Positions 17,271 to 27,397 of a DNA stretch of 64,000 bases are shown here, piece after piece. Location of the stretch: the IMG/VR virus record IMGVR_UViG_3300029908_000004, positions 151,292 through 215,291 of that record; one strand, written 5' to 3'. The position numbers and the translations under genes are program-made. The notes below the pieces were generated by a model. The model was not told the origin of the DNA. It did no database searches and saw nothing but the letters and a program-made list of their open reading frames with translations. The number at the start of each line of letters is the position of its first letter. Position 1 is the stretch's first letter.

Positions 17271-18475
17271 TGTCTATTCAAGTTCCATACACTTCCACTC
17301 AAATTTCACAGACTATTCTGAATGGATTATCGAATAGTGGGGTGAGACAAACTACTGCTGGTGGCAAAGCAAGAGCTTGGGCTGACGCTGTGGCGTCAAT
17401 CTCGTCTTCATCTGAACTTCGAGTATTTAATATGATCACCCAGAGCTTCTTAACCACGGCTACTGGTAAGAATCTAGATTTTATAGGTTCTATTTACGGC
17501 GTAATTAGAATCCCTGCACAAGACGCTTCTTCAGACATGACAGATGACAACTTCCAGTTCTATGTGGCTAGTGGAACTTTTGGGGATATTAATAATGGTA
17601 ATGATATAATCATACCTACTGGCACTGCTATTAGTGATGGTAACCCATCTGATCCTTTTTACACAGTTGATTACGAAACCGCTCTCTCAGCCACGTCATC
17701 TTTACAAAACATAAGCGTTACCTGTAGTGTGTCAGGTTCTGGTGGGAACTCTGCTGCTAATACATATATTTATAGTAATTTTACTAACTATGTTAATTCC
17801 ATATATGGATCTTTGTTAGTAACAAATAACTATGGGGTCGTCTCTGGTAGAGATGTTGAAGATGACGATAGTTATAGATATAGAATAAATCTTAAGCTGC
17901 AAGGAACTGGTGGGGCGGCACGAGCTGATTTAACTTTTTCATTACTGCAGGTAACAGGGGTTCAAGATATTGTATTTGAATCATTAGCAGGAACCTTTAA
18001 TGTATATGTGTACGGGATATCACCAAACGTATCTATTGCATTACTTCAACAGGTTCAAGCAATTATTAATGCCAATACAGCGTTCCCATTGACTGGGTTA
18101 GCACTAGCACCAGATTTGATTGGTATAAGTTTGGAGACAACAGTTACCCCAATAAAAGGGCTCTCGTTAGCAGAGCAGAACGCCGCTATGGCAGCAGCGG
18201 CAACAGCGGCAGCAAGCTATATAAATAACTTAGGAGTTGGTAACACGTTAGTTATAAATGAGATATCAGATGTTATGATGAACGCCAGTCAAAACATATT
18301 AGACATAGGTAGTCCTAATAAACCATTACAAAATATATTTATCTGGAGAGATAGAACAGATAACACACGATACAGTAGATTCTTAGTTACAGATTATACC
18401 CCAGCTCTTGGTGAGCGCGTTGTTGTGGAACAATCTATACCAAATCCAATAGCTCTATCTATTAGTAATTCATAA
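17270..18475 (+). CDS. Baseplate J/gp47-like protein
   Basis: FLTTATGKNLDFIGSIYGVIR, IPTGT, GSGGN, GRDVEDDDSYRYRI, VTGVQD, GTFNVYV motifs. Confidence 0.9.
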   Translation: MSIQVPYTSTQISQTILNGLSNSGVRQTTAGGKARAWADAVASISSSSELRVFNMITQSFLTTATGKNLDFIGSIYGVIRIPAQDASSDMTDDNFQFYVASGTFGDINNGNDIIIPTGTAISDGNPSDPFYTVDYETALSATSSLQNISVTCSVSGSGGNSAANTYIYSNFTNYVNSIYGSLLVTNNYGVVSGRDVEDDDSYRYRINLKLQGTGGAARADLTFSLLQVTGVQDIVFESLAGTFNVYVYGISPNVSIALLQQVQAIINANTAFPLTGLALAPDLIGISLETTVTPIKGLSLAEQNAAMAAAATAAASYINNLGVGNTLVINEISDVMMNASQNILDIGSPNKPLQNIFIWRDRTDNTRYSRFLVTDYTPALGERVVVEQSIPNPIALSISNS

Positions 18476-18476
18476 A

Positions 18477-20027
18477 ATGCCTAATTATAAATCCCATCTT
18501 ACTCAAGTGCTTCTCAATTGTTTTGATCCAAAGGATGTTCGTGTAGCACAACAACCTTACACAATTGATTCACAAATGCTGAATCTTGCTGCTTGCGCAA
18601 GAGAGAGTACAAACATGCGCGTATCAAGGGAAATTAACGCAGCCAACCCAATGAAGGTTCCATTAAATATAGACAATATGGGTAGATATTTTATGGCTGC
18701 TTTGCCACCATCTCTTGATTTAACTAATACTGTGTCTGCATCTACTATCCTACCAGTTTTACATAGTGTAACCGGGACATTAGGGTCTCAGACTATAACT
18801 CTAACCCCTTTTGATGACACATTACCCATTCCAACAGGAATTTTGGTTGATACCACTAGGTCTTCTGTGCCTTTATCAAACGCAGTTATGATAAGGATGA
18901 CAGGATCTTTAGATTCCTATAATAACCCGCTGACACAACAATCTGGACCACTGGTTATGCCTATACCAAATAACATAACATTCTGGTTAGATAATATGGG
19001 GGTAAACACTGGATCAATAGAGATTCTTATAACTGGAGAATTGTATCCTAGACCGGTATGGACACAGCAAAGAAGTACATATCAAGAATCCCTTGTAACT
19101 ACAGTCTCACAAGGGGCTTTCACTTCTGATCTACGTTGGGAAGTTATAGATAACATTACTGTTAGGGGTATGCCTAATGGTGCCACATTAACTTGTTGGT
19201 GTTTCCCATTTAATCTACCCGCATGTCCAGATCCAGATAGACCATACGTGAATCACGCCTATAGGGATGAAAATATTCCTAGATATTGGAAGATTCAGGG
19301 AAACTTATTAAGTGAAGTGTATATCAGAGGGCTAGATACAGGGTTAGAAATATGTAATACATATTCAACTGATTTAGATTTGGTAGATGTGGTTGTAGAA
19401 CCAAATACATATGGTTTATTCGCGGTCACCGAATCTTCAATAATCTATATTGATAGAAGGGAACCCCTACCAACTAATTTAACAGCCACGGCTATACAGG
19501 TTCAGCCAGTCTGTGGAATAAACGCACACTTAGATACTTCAAAAGATCCTTCACAGCAGAGATGGGTGAACCTTCTTCCTGTTTTATATACAGGTGCACA
19601 GATTCTCAAATATAGATGGTCTGTGTTGGATCCAAACGGAACACAATATAGCATAACGAATAGTGGTGCTTTTACATCGTTTAAAGTATCTTTTGGTTGG
19701 CGTAGTGGTTACCCAACCAAACATACCTTCCCATTAATTAATACTGGAACTTATACAATTACTTTGGAATGTCAAGATATTACTGGGGCTATAACAAAGG
19801 AGTCCGTCTTATATAATAATTTGGCTCTAGCGCCACAAGTGTCGTTACCAGTCCCATTCGTTCCTCAGGTCGCTGGTATTTGTTTTGATAGTTTTGATCA
19901 AGCTTGGATATGGACAGGATCTTATGCGATACCGGTGATGTTTACTTATGATTCTTACATATTAGATATAGCTAATCAAGCCATCTATGTTACAAAGAAT
20001 TATGACAGTATAGAGGTAACCAATTAA
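18477..20027 (+). CDS. Putative baseplate/structural protein
   Basis: 516 aa, coupled to neighbours, beta-rich Thr/Pro composition. Confidence 0.65.
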   Translation: MPNYKSHLTQVLLNCFDPKDVRVAQQPYTIDSQMLNLAACARESTNMRVSREINAANPMKVPLNIDNMGRYFMAALPPSLDLTNTVSASTILPVLHSVTGTLGSQTITLTPFDDTLPIPTGILVDTTRSSVPLSNAVMIRMTGSLDSYNNPLTQQSGPLVMPIPNNITFWLDNMGVNTGSIEILITGELYPRPVWTQQRSTYQESLVTTVSQGAFTSDLRWEVIDNITVRGMPNGATLTCWCFPFNLPACPDPDRPYVNHAYRDENIPRYWKIQGNLLSEVYIRGLDTGLEICNTYSTDLDLVDVVVEPNTYGLFAVTESSIIYIDRREPLPTNLTATAIQVQPVCGINAHLDTSKDPSQQRWVNLLPVLYTGAQILKYRWSVLDPNGTQYSITNSGAFTSFKVSFGWRSGYPTKHTFPLINTGTYTITLECQDITGAITKESVLYNNLALAPQVSLPVPFVPQVAGICFDSFDQAWIWTGSYAIPVMFTYDSYILDIANQAIYVTKNYDSIEVTN

Positions 20028-20827
20028 TGTCAACATTTTATCTTGGCCCAGAGACCATAACGCCAGTAAATAGTACTACTTATGTTGATATGCTGGGTGT
20101 AAACGTTGGGCTGACACGATTGCCGGGTGAGTCAGCATCAGAGTTTATGAAGCGGGTAACTGTCATGGGGAATATCCCACAGAACTACGCGTATGCCTCT
20201 ATGTTACAACGTATAGCCACAGAGCTAGGATTGAGCACTTATGTTGGGATACAATTGACAGCAACAACACCCGTTGTTGTAACTTGCTCAATATCTGGGT
20301 TAGTAATTACAAGTCTGAACGGAAGTATACAGTATGTCTCTTCTCCATTACTAACTATAGCCCAAGATAATGTTTGGTCTTGGAGGATGTTATCCAATAT
20401 AGTGTCTGATATAAATATAACAACGACAACTAGCGGGGTTACAGCAACACTTATTCAAGATAGATTGGCTCTATGTTTATCAAAACAAACAAATTATTTA
20501 TGGACACAGGAATCAGTAGATGGTTGGTCTCATACATTCCAGCAGAAAAACCCTCAAATTAGCACCATAACATTTAATATGGCTGTGCCTTCATACACAA
20601 TACATGGTAGTACCATACTATTCTCATCAGAAGTTCCTGTAGAAGCTACTATAACTTATGTGTACGTAGCGATGCCTTTTGATGTAGTTGTAAGTGATGT
20701 GGGTATGTTTGGTCTTACTGACCCAGCTTTTGCTACTATAGCTACAAACGGTTCGATACTAACACAACAAGCTATGGAAATATTGAATGACGTAATGACG
20801 AGAGATAGGTCGTACTGGACTAAATAA
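20027..20827 (+). CDS. Putative baseplate wedge (gpI-like N-terminus)
   Basis: YVDMLGVNVGLTRLPGESASEFMKRV resembles the LD.lG...GL.R..GE.D..yR.R wedge motif. Confidence 0.6.
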   Translation: MSTFYLGPETITPVNSTTYVDMLGVNVGLTRLPGESASEFMKRVTVMGNIPQNYAYASMLQRIATELGLSTYVGIQLTATTPVVVTCSISGLVITSLNGSIQYVSSPLLTIAQDNVWSWRMLSNIVSDINITTTTSGVTATLIQDRLALCLSKQTNYLWTQESVDGWSHTFQQKNPQISTITFNMAVPSYTIHGSTILFSSEVPVEATITYVYVAMPFDVVVSDVGMFGLTDPAFATIATNGSILTQQAMEILNDVMTRDRSYWTK

Positions 20828-23269
20828 ATGATCGGATTCTATAAAAGCTATGACGCTATAAATAACACTCTATCTCTTCCTATTGGTGGTGGGATACCAA
20901 AGAAGTTCCTTGTTCCAGAATATGGTTATACCAAGACAACTACTATATATCTTGGTGATACAGATAATGTTACTTGGGTAAGCTCGAATACAACTTCTAG
21001 CGGTGGTGTGGTTACACCCGGATCAAACATAATTATTTATCCATTCGGGCCAAACTTAGCAAACGGGATAATTGTATCTTTGTCTGTTGGTGATAACCCA
21101 TTCGGTGTGTCAGGAATGCCAGTAATTCTAAGTTCCAATCACATATCCAGTGGGACTGTTGTACCAGTAAATATACAAGTTACTGTGGCAGCTGGAGCCG
21201 AACAAGATTTTAATAGTTGGGGTATACAGGCGTCATCTCTAATAATGCTTAATGGAACCACATTAGGAGCTAGTCAGACCTCACCCACAGCTCCTTGCTA
21301 TGTTTTCAGATGCGATGCAGGATTATCAATTTCTACTAGGTTGTTGGCAACTAATAGACAGATCCCATCAACTATGCCGGGGTTTATAGTTGGTCAATAT
21401 AGGTGGAGAGGTGAAGACACAAGGAATGCAACATCTTTTATTCCAACAAGTTGGGACCAAAACACTTCTGCGATAATGGATGATTTTATAGCTGGAATTG
21501 GCTGTAACGACGATCTAGAGCCATTAGACCTTATCCAAACTTCAGACGATAACATTCACTTGGAAGTTAATCATGGTTGCTATTTCACTGGCGTTAACGG
21601 TTATTATTTGCCTGCTGAACCAGATTTGAGGTTTTATCCGTCCTATGGTCCAAATCTAACATTTACTTTACCTTATGCCCCAACTCCACAAACACCAATA
21701 TTTGTTGGGACTTGGGCGTTAGATAGACAGAACTTCTATGAAAAGAACTTAGAGTATAGGTATGCTTGTACTCTAGTTAACCCAGACAACACCCCTAGGA
21801 CGGATCTACCAACCCTATACTATACACTAAATAGAAGTACTAATTCTATTACGTTAAATACACCACAACCTACAACACAAACTTTGTTATTGGGGACAAT
21901 AAGTGGTAATCCAGTAGATTATTTCAATATACCAGTATATCCAATATACAACATCTCCTTGGTATATGCTGATCCCGGTGTAGACTCAGTTTCTGGGGAG
22001 CCTTTACTCCCATTATATGCTGATAAATTTGTATTTAATCAATCTTCTGGGACAATAACTATAACTTCTACCACTGGTTCAGGTTCATCTATTAAGAATG
22101 CCAACGTTGGACAAGGTGTATACGCAAAATGTAGCCCTGCTATAGCAGTATCCTATGAAAAGAATACTGGGGTTACTACAACAGAAATTGGTATAGATTT
22201 GAATCCAGCGTTTAGTGGTGTATCCTCTGGATATGTTTATTTACAGCACCGTAGACAACAAGTTGCTTCACTACAGTTAGCTTGTGATAAACCTAGGATA
22301 GGAATCCCAGAGACACTAAGCAGTATTATAGGTCTAATAGCGTATGGTCCTATATATTACGGTTTTGATTACACTTTATTGACAGTTACCGCATATAGCA
22401 ATGATAATATAACACCAGTACCCAACGCAACATTGAACGTTATAGTTGACCCAGATAATTGGAAGGGCACACTTAATTATATAGATCCGACTATCGAACC
22501 GGTTACTGTAGTAACTGGAGCAGATGGCTCAGCCAATCTTATATATACGCCGGCTACTAATCCGGGCATTTGGATACCAAATATAGCTGCTCCAACACCA
22601 ATTAGTGTTGGTTCTCTTGGTGGTACGTTTACTATCACTAATACAAATGATACTTTAGTCCTTCCAGAGGTGGTACAGGTGGGACAAGTCTGGAACTCTT
22701 TGAACGCTCCCAACTATTGGACAATAACTACTTATACAGTTTTAGATAATCAGCCTCAATTAGGTATGGTAGGAGCAAATCCTTTATTAGGACAGGTCCC
22801 TTGGGCAACTACAGGGACTCCCGGTGCAATAGGATACGCTACTAACGGCATGAGAGTGACGTGGTTAGACACAACTACCCATTTCCCATCACCTGATATA
22901 TCAATACTAAACCCATTACCTTCTGTACCAACTTATCCTATTAATGTTTATGATATAAACGGGCATAACCAATCTTCTGAAGATTTTAATGGAGAGGTTA
23001 AGTACATACAATATGCTACATCTTTACCTACTCCAACTGGGTTAGGGGCTTATTTTGTAGTATTTACCCAACGCCCAACCATTCAGCTTCAATTGAGTGG
23101 GTCTAATGTAGTTTCTAATACCATCATGTTACAGTGTGTATGCCAGGACGAATCCAATCAGGTAACTCCTTGGTTGACCCTTAACGACACAATACAAGGT
23201 GTCCTTAATCAATATCGTTTGGGATGGACCAAAAATGGACCTCCAAATGTTAGATTTCCGGGAGTATAA
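20828..23269 (+). CDS. Structural protein with Ig-like (Big_1-type) segment
   Basis: LTVTAYSNDNITPVPNATLNV...VVTGADGSANLIYT pattern. Ser/Thr/Pro-rich 813 aa. Confidence 0.6.
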   Translation: MIGFYKSYDAINNTLSLPIGGGIPKKFLVPEYGYTKTTTIYLGDTDNVTWVSSNTTSSGGVVTPGSNIIIYPFGPNLANGIIVSLSVGDNPFGVSGMPVILSSNHISSGTVVPVNIQVTVAAGAEQDFNSWGIQASSLIMLNGTTLGASQTSPTAPCYVFRCDAGLSISTRLLATNRQIPSTMPGFIVGQYRWRGEDTRNATSFIPTSWDQNTSAIMDDFIAGIGCNDDLEPLDLIQTSDDNIHLEVNHGCYFTGVNGYYLPAEPDLRFYPSYGPNLTFTLPYAPTPQTPIFVGTWALDRQNFYEKNLEYRYACTLVNPDNTPRTDLPTLYYTLNRSTNSITLNTPQPTTQTLLLGTISGNPVDYFNIPVYPIYNISLVYADPGVDSVSGEPLLPLYADKFVFNQSSGTITITSTTGSGSSIKNANVGQGVYAKCSPAIAVSYEKNTGVTTTEIGIDLNPAFSGVSSGYVYLQHRRQQVASLQLACDKPRIGIPETLSSIIGLIAYGPIYYGFDYTLLTVTAYSNDNITPVPNATLNVIVDPDNWKGTLNYIDPTIEPVTVVTGADGSANLIYTPATNPGIWIPNIAAPTPISVGSLGGTFTITNTNDTLVLPEVVQVGQVWNSLNAPNYWTITTYTVLDNQPQLGMVGANPLLGQVPWATTGTPGAIGYATNGMRVTWLDTTTHFPSPDISILNPLPSVPTYPINVYDINGHNQSSEDFNGEVKYIQYATSLPTPTGLGAYFVVFTQRPTIQLQLSGSNVVSNTIMLQCVCQDESNQVTPWLTLNDTIQGVLNQYRLGWTKNGPPNVRFPGV

Positions 23270-23272
23270 TTA

Positions 23273-24991
23273 ATGTCTACTTATGACCCAACTAGATACA
23301 GGTCGATAACGTTCCAACCAGAATATATTCTAGATGCTAGTGAATTGAATGAATTACAAGTTATAGGGAACAACGCAAATTCTAATGCATTAAGTGCTAT
23401 ATATAAGCAAGGAGCTTTATTAAATGCTGTCTGTAGTATAAGCGGGTATACCGTAACTTATACTTCTGCTGATGGTGTTAACCCAATGCGTGTATTTGTA
23501 CGCGATAGGTTTGAGAATATCAAAACTGTCACGACAGATATAGGTCCAGAATTTCCACCTATTTCATTGAATCTATCTTTATCACAGACGAATATTTATC
23601 TAAATTGGGTAATAGTCTCTGTACCGAATACTCTTGACACTTCCTTAGTATCCCCAGCTGGGGAACTACAGTTATCATTCTCTGCTATTGATACCTCTTC
23701 GGCTTCTATAGTTGGCACTCAGATAGCAAAGAATACTTCTCCAATTATAGTGGCTACCTTTGCGGCTAATGGTAGTACCTTAGTAAGTGTGCCAGTTGAT
23801 AATGTCATACCACAAGCTCTAGCTTCTAATACCACTTCTGGGCTGGTATCTTTATCTACTTATGAAACTAATGGAGTTGCTGTAGCAAATAGCGACCCAC
23901 GCAATTCGGACGCTCGCGTACCATTACCTCTATCAGTTACTAATTCTACTGTTTACGCTCCTACAGCTTCTAGTGATTCTAATACGGATGGAACAACGGT
24001 ATACACAGATACCCAAGGGGTCAGTGCCACCAAAATTCTACTTCAAGTGGCCACACAATGCCTTGAAGATGGATGGAACTGGCTTAAGAATCAGTTCTTG
24101 ATCCTACAAGCGGCTTACGGCGCTCACCAAGGGGCTACCCTTGGTCCAACAAACGTCCATCCTATCCCAACCCCTAGTATGGTTGGGGCGGCACCACTCC
24201 AACACGTAGGAACCCAGTTAGGTCTAGGTACTGACGCTGGTATATACCAATCTCATCAACCATTAGTCACTGCTAGCACTGGAGGGTTCCAATTAGCAAG
24301 AGGAACTGCTGGGGCTGGAGCTCCAGATGACCCAGCATTTGGTGTTCAAAACACCACTGAAAACCTTGTTAGCTTGAATCATGATGGTGATGTGTGGTCT
24401 TCTTTGGCTAATGTAAACGTAGCAACAGCGGCAAATGGAACTGAGGCTCTTACTGTGGTTACATTACCGAGTCAATCCCTTGGTCATATGTCTAGCGTAG
24501 CTTCAGTATTAGCCACTCATGTAAATCAGATTAGTCACTGTAATCCACACGGGCTGGTAGCTCACGATATAGACGCTCCAAATATAGAACAGATCCCAAG
24601 TCTTGTAGAACCAATGTTCCCTTGGTTACAGTCTGCTAATGGTTATATAAATATTCCAACATCTACTCCTGGAGTAAATTTGCTTGTTCAGTGGGGCACT
24701 GTGACGATTACACCCCCTGTGGAGTTCAACATCAACGGTTCTGTGAGTTTCTCTGCACCGAATATTCCTTTTCCCATGGCAAGAGTTTATACAGGAATTC
24801 AGCTTGTGAATCCTTATCCAACAGGAGTCGGATTCGGTGATCATACAAATGAGGCAACAGGGGCGCTTGCCCCCGATGCCAGTCCTGCAGCTGCTCTTTC
24901 TGGGTTTAACTACGCATTCAGTTGCAATGGTGGAGAATCTGGTTTTGGTGCATGGCCTCTTACTTTCTTCTGGCTTGCTATAGGTTACTAG
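23273..24991 (+). CDS. Tail fibre/baseplate-attached protein with DUF4815-like N-terminus and fibre-tip C-terminus
   Basis: N-terminal YRSITFQPEYILDASELNELQ, NPHG fibre motif, C-terminal NGYINIP...LLVQWG...FFWLAIGY typical of fibre tips. Confidence 0.75.
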   Translation: MSTYDPTRYRSITFQPEYILDASELNELQVIGNNANSNALSAIYKQGALLNAVCSISGYTVTYTSADGVNPMRVFVRDRFENIKTVTTDIGPEFPPISLNLSLSQTNIYLNWVIVSVPNTLDTSLVSPAGELQLSFSAIDTSSASIVGTQIAKNTSPIIVATFAANGSTLVSVPVDNVIPQALASNTTSGLVSLSTYETNGVAVANSDPRNSDARVPLPLSVTNSTVYAPTASSDSNTDGTTVYTDTQGVSATKILLQVATQCLEDGWNWLKNQFLILQAAYGAHQGATLGPTNVHPIPTPSMVGAAPLQHVGTQLGLGTDAGIYQSHQPLVTASTGGFQLARGTAGAGAPDDPAFGVQNTTENLVSLNHDGDVWSSLANVNVATAANGTEALTVVTLPSQSLGHMSSVASVLATHVNQISHCNPHGLVAHDIDAPNIEQIPSLVEPMFPWLQSANGYINIPTSTPGVNLLVQWGTVTITPPVEFNINGSVSFSAPNIPFPMARVYTGIQLVNPYPTGVGFGDHTNEATGALAPDASPAAALSGFNYAFSCNGGESGFGAWPLTFFWLAIGY

Positions 24992-24998
24992 AAGAGTC

Positions 24999-26675
24999 AT
25001 GACAAATATATCAAGACCCCCTGTTCCTCCACGAGCTGTAATGAATGAAGGAATAGTAAATTTCTACTATAGTCAGATACTACCACCTACAAAGTCGGTA
25101 GCGATAGCCTACGTGTCTACGCCTATAAACACACCAGCACAGATTACTAATATAGATAATATTCCTTTATCTTCTACAGCTCCTACGTTAGGGCCGGGCC
25201 AATTAGGGGTGTGGGTGCCGTCTGTACAAGATATTACGGATCCCGTTCCTCATTTCCCGATTACAGCAGGGGCAATAGACTATGGGGTATCTGTAATTAT
25301 CTCTGATTATACTGATTATGTCGTTAAGAATCAATACTTTGAACTGACTACTCAATTTGCTATTAGCACAAATATCGCTGGGACTCCACTTTATTACTTT
25401 CACCAGTTGCCTTCAGGCGTAACTAATGCTACACTATTAGATATCTCTGGTAATATAGTCACTAATCAACCATTCGAGATAGTTGATTCCTGCTTATACC
25501 ACAGCTGTGATGGAAAACCATATAGGATTAGATACGTTAATCCAGCAGGTAACTACGTATCGACTACGTTACTAAAGTATACCCCAGTATTGACACCGGG
25601 TAGCGCTACATCAGCTACTCAGTATGATTATAATAATGCTCAAACCATAACAATGTACTTACCGTCTACAGCAGCTATTAGATTCTTACAACCGTCAGGA
25701 TATCAAGTATTTCCTCCCTATAACTCCTCACCAAATACACCTTGGTATTTGAGAATAGGGTATTCGGTGTCAGCTTTCCCTGCTGAGTGGGCAAAGATGC
25801 CTTTCCAACCATATAAACCATATATGTTGGGAACTTGGGTAAGCGGTAAAGTATTAGATACTACATTAGTTGAGTTCGAGCGCCCGGGGATGAACCCAGA
25901 TTATTTACCTGATATATTAGTGTTTAATGCTGATAACTCATTCAAATATGCTTTAGAAGGAATGGCCAGCGCGCAAACTACAGGAACAACAGAGATACAA
26001 ACTAAAGGATCAATGTACAACTGGACTCGTGGTATGCTTTCTGCCTCAACAACAGACTTTTATAAGGCTAGAGTAGACTTGTCTGTAACGTTAGACCCAA
26101 CTGATATCGTATTTGGTTTCTATACGTATATGGAACCAAACTACCTAATGATAGATTTGGATGTAAACCCATACACAAATCCATTGGTAAAGAATAATGT
26201 AATAAATATTTATTATAAGAATGACCCGGCGATACCGACTAAGAATATCTTTTATGCGGTATACCCATTCGATGCTCAAGAAGGCAGCATCCCGTTGTTG
26301 ACTAACGACACTAACCCGTCAGTCACTGGGACTTTATTTGGAGTAGTTGTTTCTGGAACTGCAGTTGGTATAGATCAGTTCACAGTAGAGGATGTAAGAG
26401 TAAGAGGTGGTGGGTTAGCCATTATACACCAAGATGTACCACAAGCTGTGAACTTCTGGGACTTGGGTTATTGGGACGGGAAGCCATGGCCAATAGGTGG
26501 TGTTGTAGTTCTTTACCTACCGCTATCACCAGATGGAACAGGCGTACAAAGTAATGGAACAGATACTATTTCAGCAGCAGATGTATCAAGTGTGGTATCC
26601 TCTATATTACCAATGGGAACTATGGCAAGTATAAGGTACTATGACCAAAAGGGTAATGAAACTATATTCCCATAG
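24999..26675 (+). CDS. Putative virion structural protein
   Basis: 558 aa in structural operon. C-terminal DVRVRGGGL...FWDLGYWDGKPWP.GG segment. Confidence 0.65.
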   Translation: MTNISRPPVPPRAVMNEGIVNFYYSQILPPTKSVAIAYVSTPINTPAQITNIDNIPLSSTAPTLGPGQLGVWVPSVQDITDPVPHFPITAGAIDYGVSVIISDYTDYVVKNQYFELTTQFAISTNIAGTPLYYFHQLPSGVTNATLLDISGNIVTNQPFEIVDSCLYHSCDGKPYRIRYVNPAGNYVSTTLLKYTPVLTPGSATSATQYDYNNAQTITMYLPSTAAIRFLQPSGYQVFPPYNSSPNTPWYLRIGYSVSAFPAEWAKMPFQPYKPYMLGTWVSGKVLDTTLVEFERPGMNPDYLPDILVFNADNSFKYALEGMASAQTTGTTEIQTKGSMYNWTRGMLSASTTDFYKARVDLSVTLDPTDIVFGFYTYMEPNYLMIDLDVNPYTNPLVKNNVINIYYKNDPAIPTKNIFYAVYPFDAQEGSIPLLTNDTNPSVTGTLFGVVVSGTAVGIDQFTVEDVRVRGGGLAIIHQDVPQAVNFWDLGYWDGKPWPIGGVVVLYLPLSPDGTGVQSNGTDTISAADVSSVVSSILPMGTMASIRYYDQKGNETIFP

Positions 26676-26683
26676 GCGATAAT

Positions 26684-27235
26684 ATGCTAATAATAACACA
26701 TGTACCACAAGTATATATAAATTGGTGGATAAATGGGACTCAAGTAGTGGGGTTTAATTCATCAGGTACAAAAGTATTGACAGGTCTTTCTCTACCAGTA
26801 AGCTTTCCTGGAACAACGACACAAGGAACAGCCATAACAATGACTTCATCTTCCGTTGATTTACATACATTAGAGACTTTTACTAACGTAAGATTTTATT
26901 TAGGAGGTGACACAGATCAATTAGCATTTATACAAGGACCAAGTAATAACTCGGAGGTTATTCCATGGACAGAAAATATTACATCTCCGGGTGGAGTTCA
27001 AATTAGTTTTGATGGTGGTAAGACTTTCACATTATTTGATCAAACACATGGTTATATCGGGGATCCGTCAACTTGGATAATATTACCAGAGATAGCTGTT
27101 GGCACAGGTGGTGCTGATGGGGTTCTAGGACCTTATGATATGGCTTCTATGATTGTCCAAGTTACCATTCCTGAGTTAGCAGATCAGTTACAAATGATTA
27201 GTGTCAACTTAAATGTTGATTTTGATGTTATATAG
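26684..27235 (+). CDS. Putative structural protein
   Basis: 183 aa containing an Asp-box-like SFDGGKTF. Confidence 0.65.
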   Translation: MLIITHVPQVYINWWINGTQVVGFNSSGTKVLTGLSLPVSFPGTTTQGTAITMTSSSVDLHTLETFTNVRFYLGGDTDQLAFIQGPSNNSEVIPWTENITSPGGVQISFDGGKTFTLFDQTHGYIGDPSTWIILPEIAVGTGGADGVLGPYDMASMIVQVTIPELADQLQMISVNLNVDFDVI

Positions 27236-27243
27236 GAGTAAGA

Positions 27244-27396
27244 ATGGAATCAAAAGAGATTCTGAAGAAATATAAAGATATAGCTGAGGCAGCAAAACTG
27301 CTAAGGCAAGCAGAAAGAGACTATCCTAAGAATAGACCTCAACACTCAGTATATAAAAACCAACTAGATCGGGCTTTAGAGGCACTGGAACTTTAG
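27244..27396 (+). CDS. Small helical hypothetical protein (50 aa, absent from the ORF track)
   Basis: AGGAG RBS, then MESKEILKKYKDIAEAAKLLRQAERDYPKNRPQHSVYKNQLDRALEALEL*. Exactly fills the gap. Confidence 0.75.
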   Translation: MESKEILKKYKDIAEAAKLLRQAERDYPKNRPQHSVYKNQLDRALEALEL

Positions 27397-27397
27397 A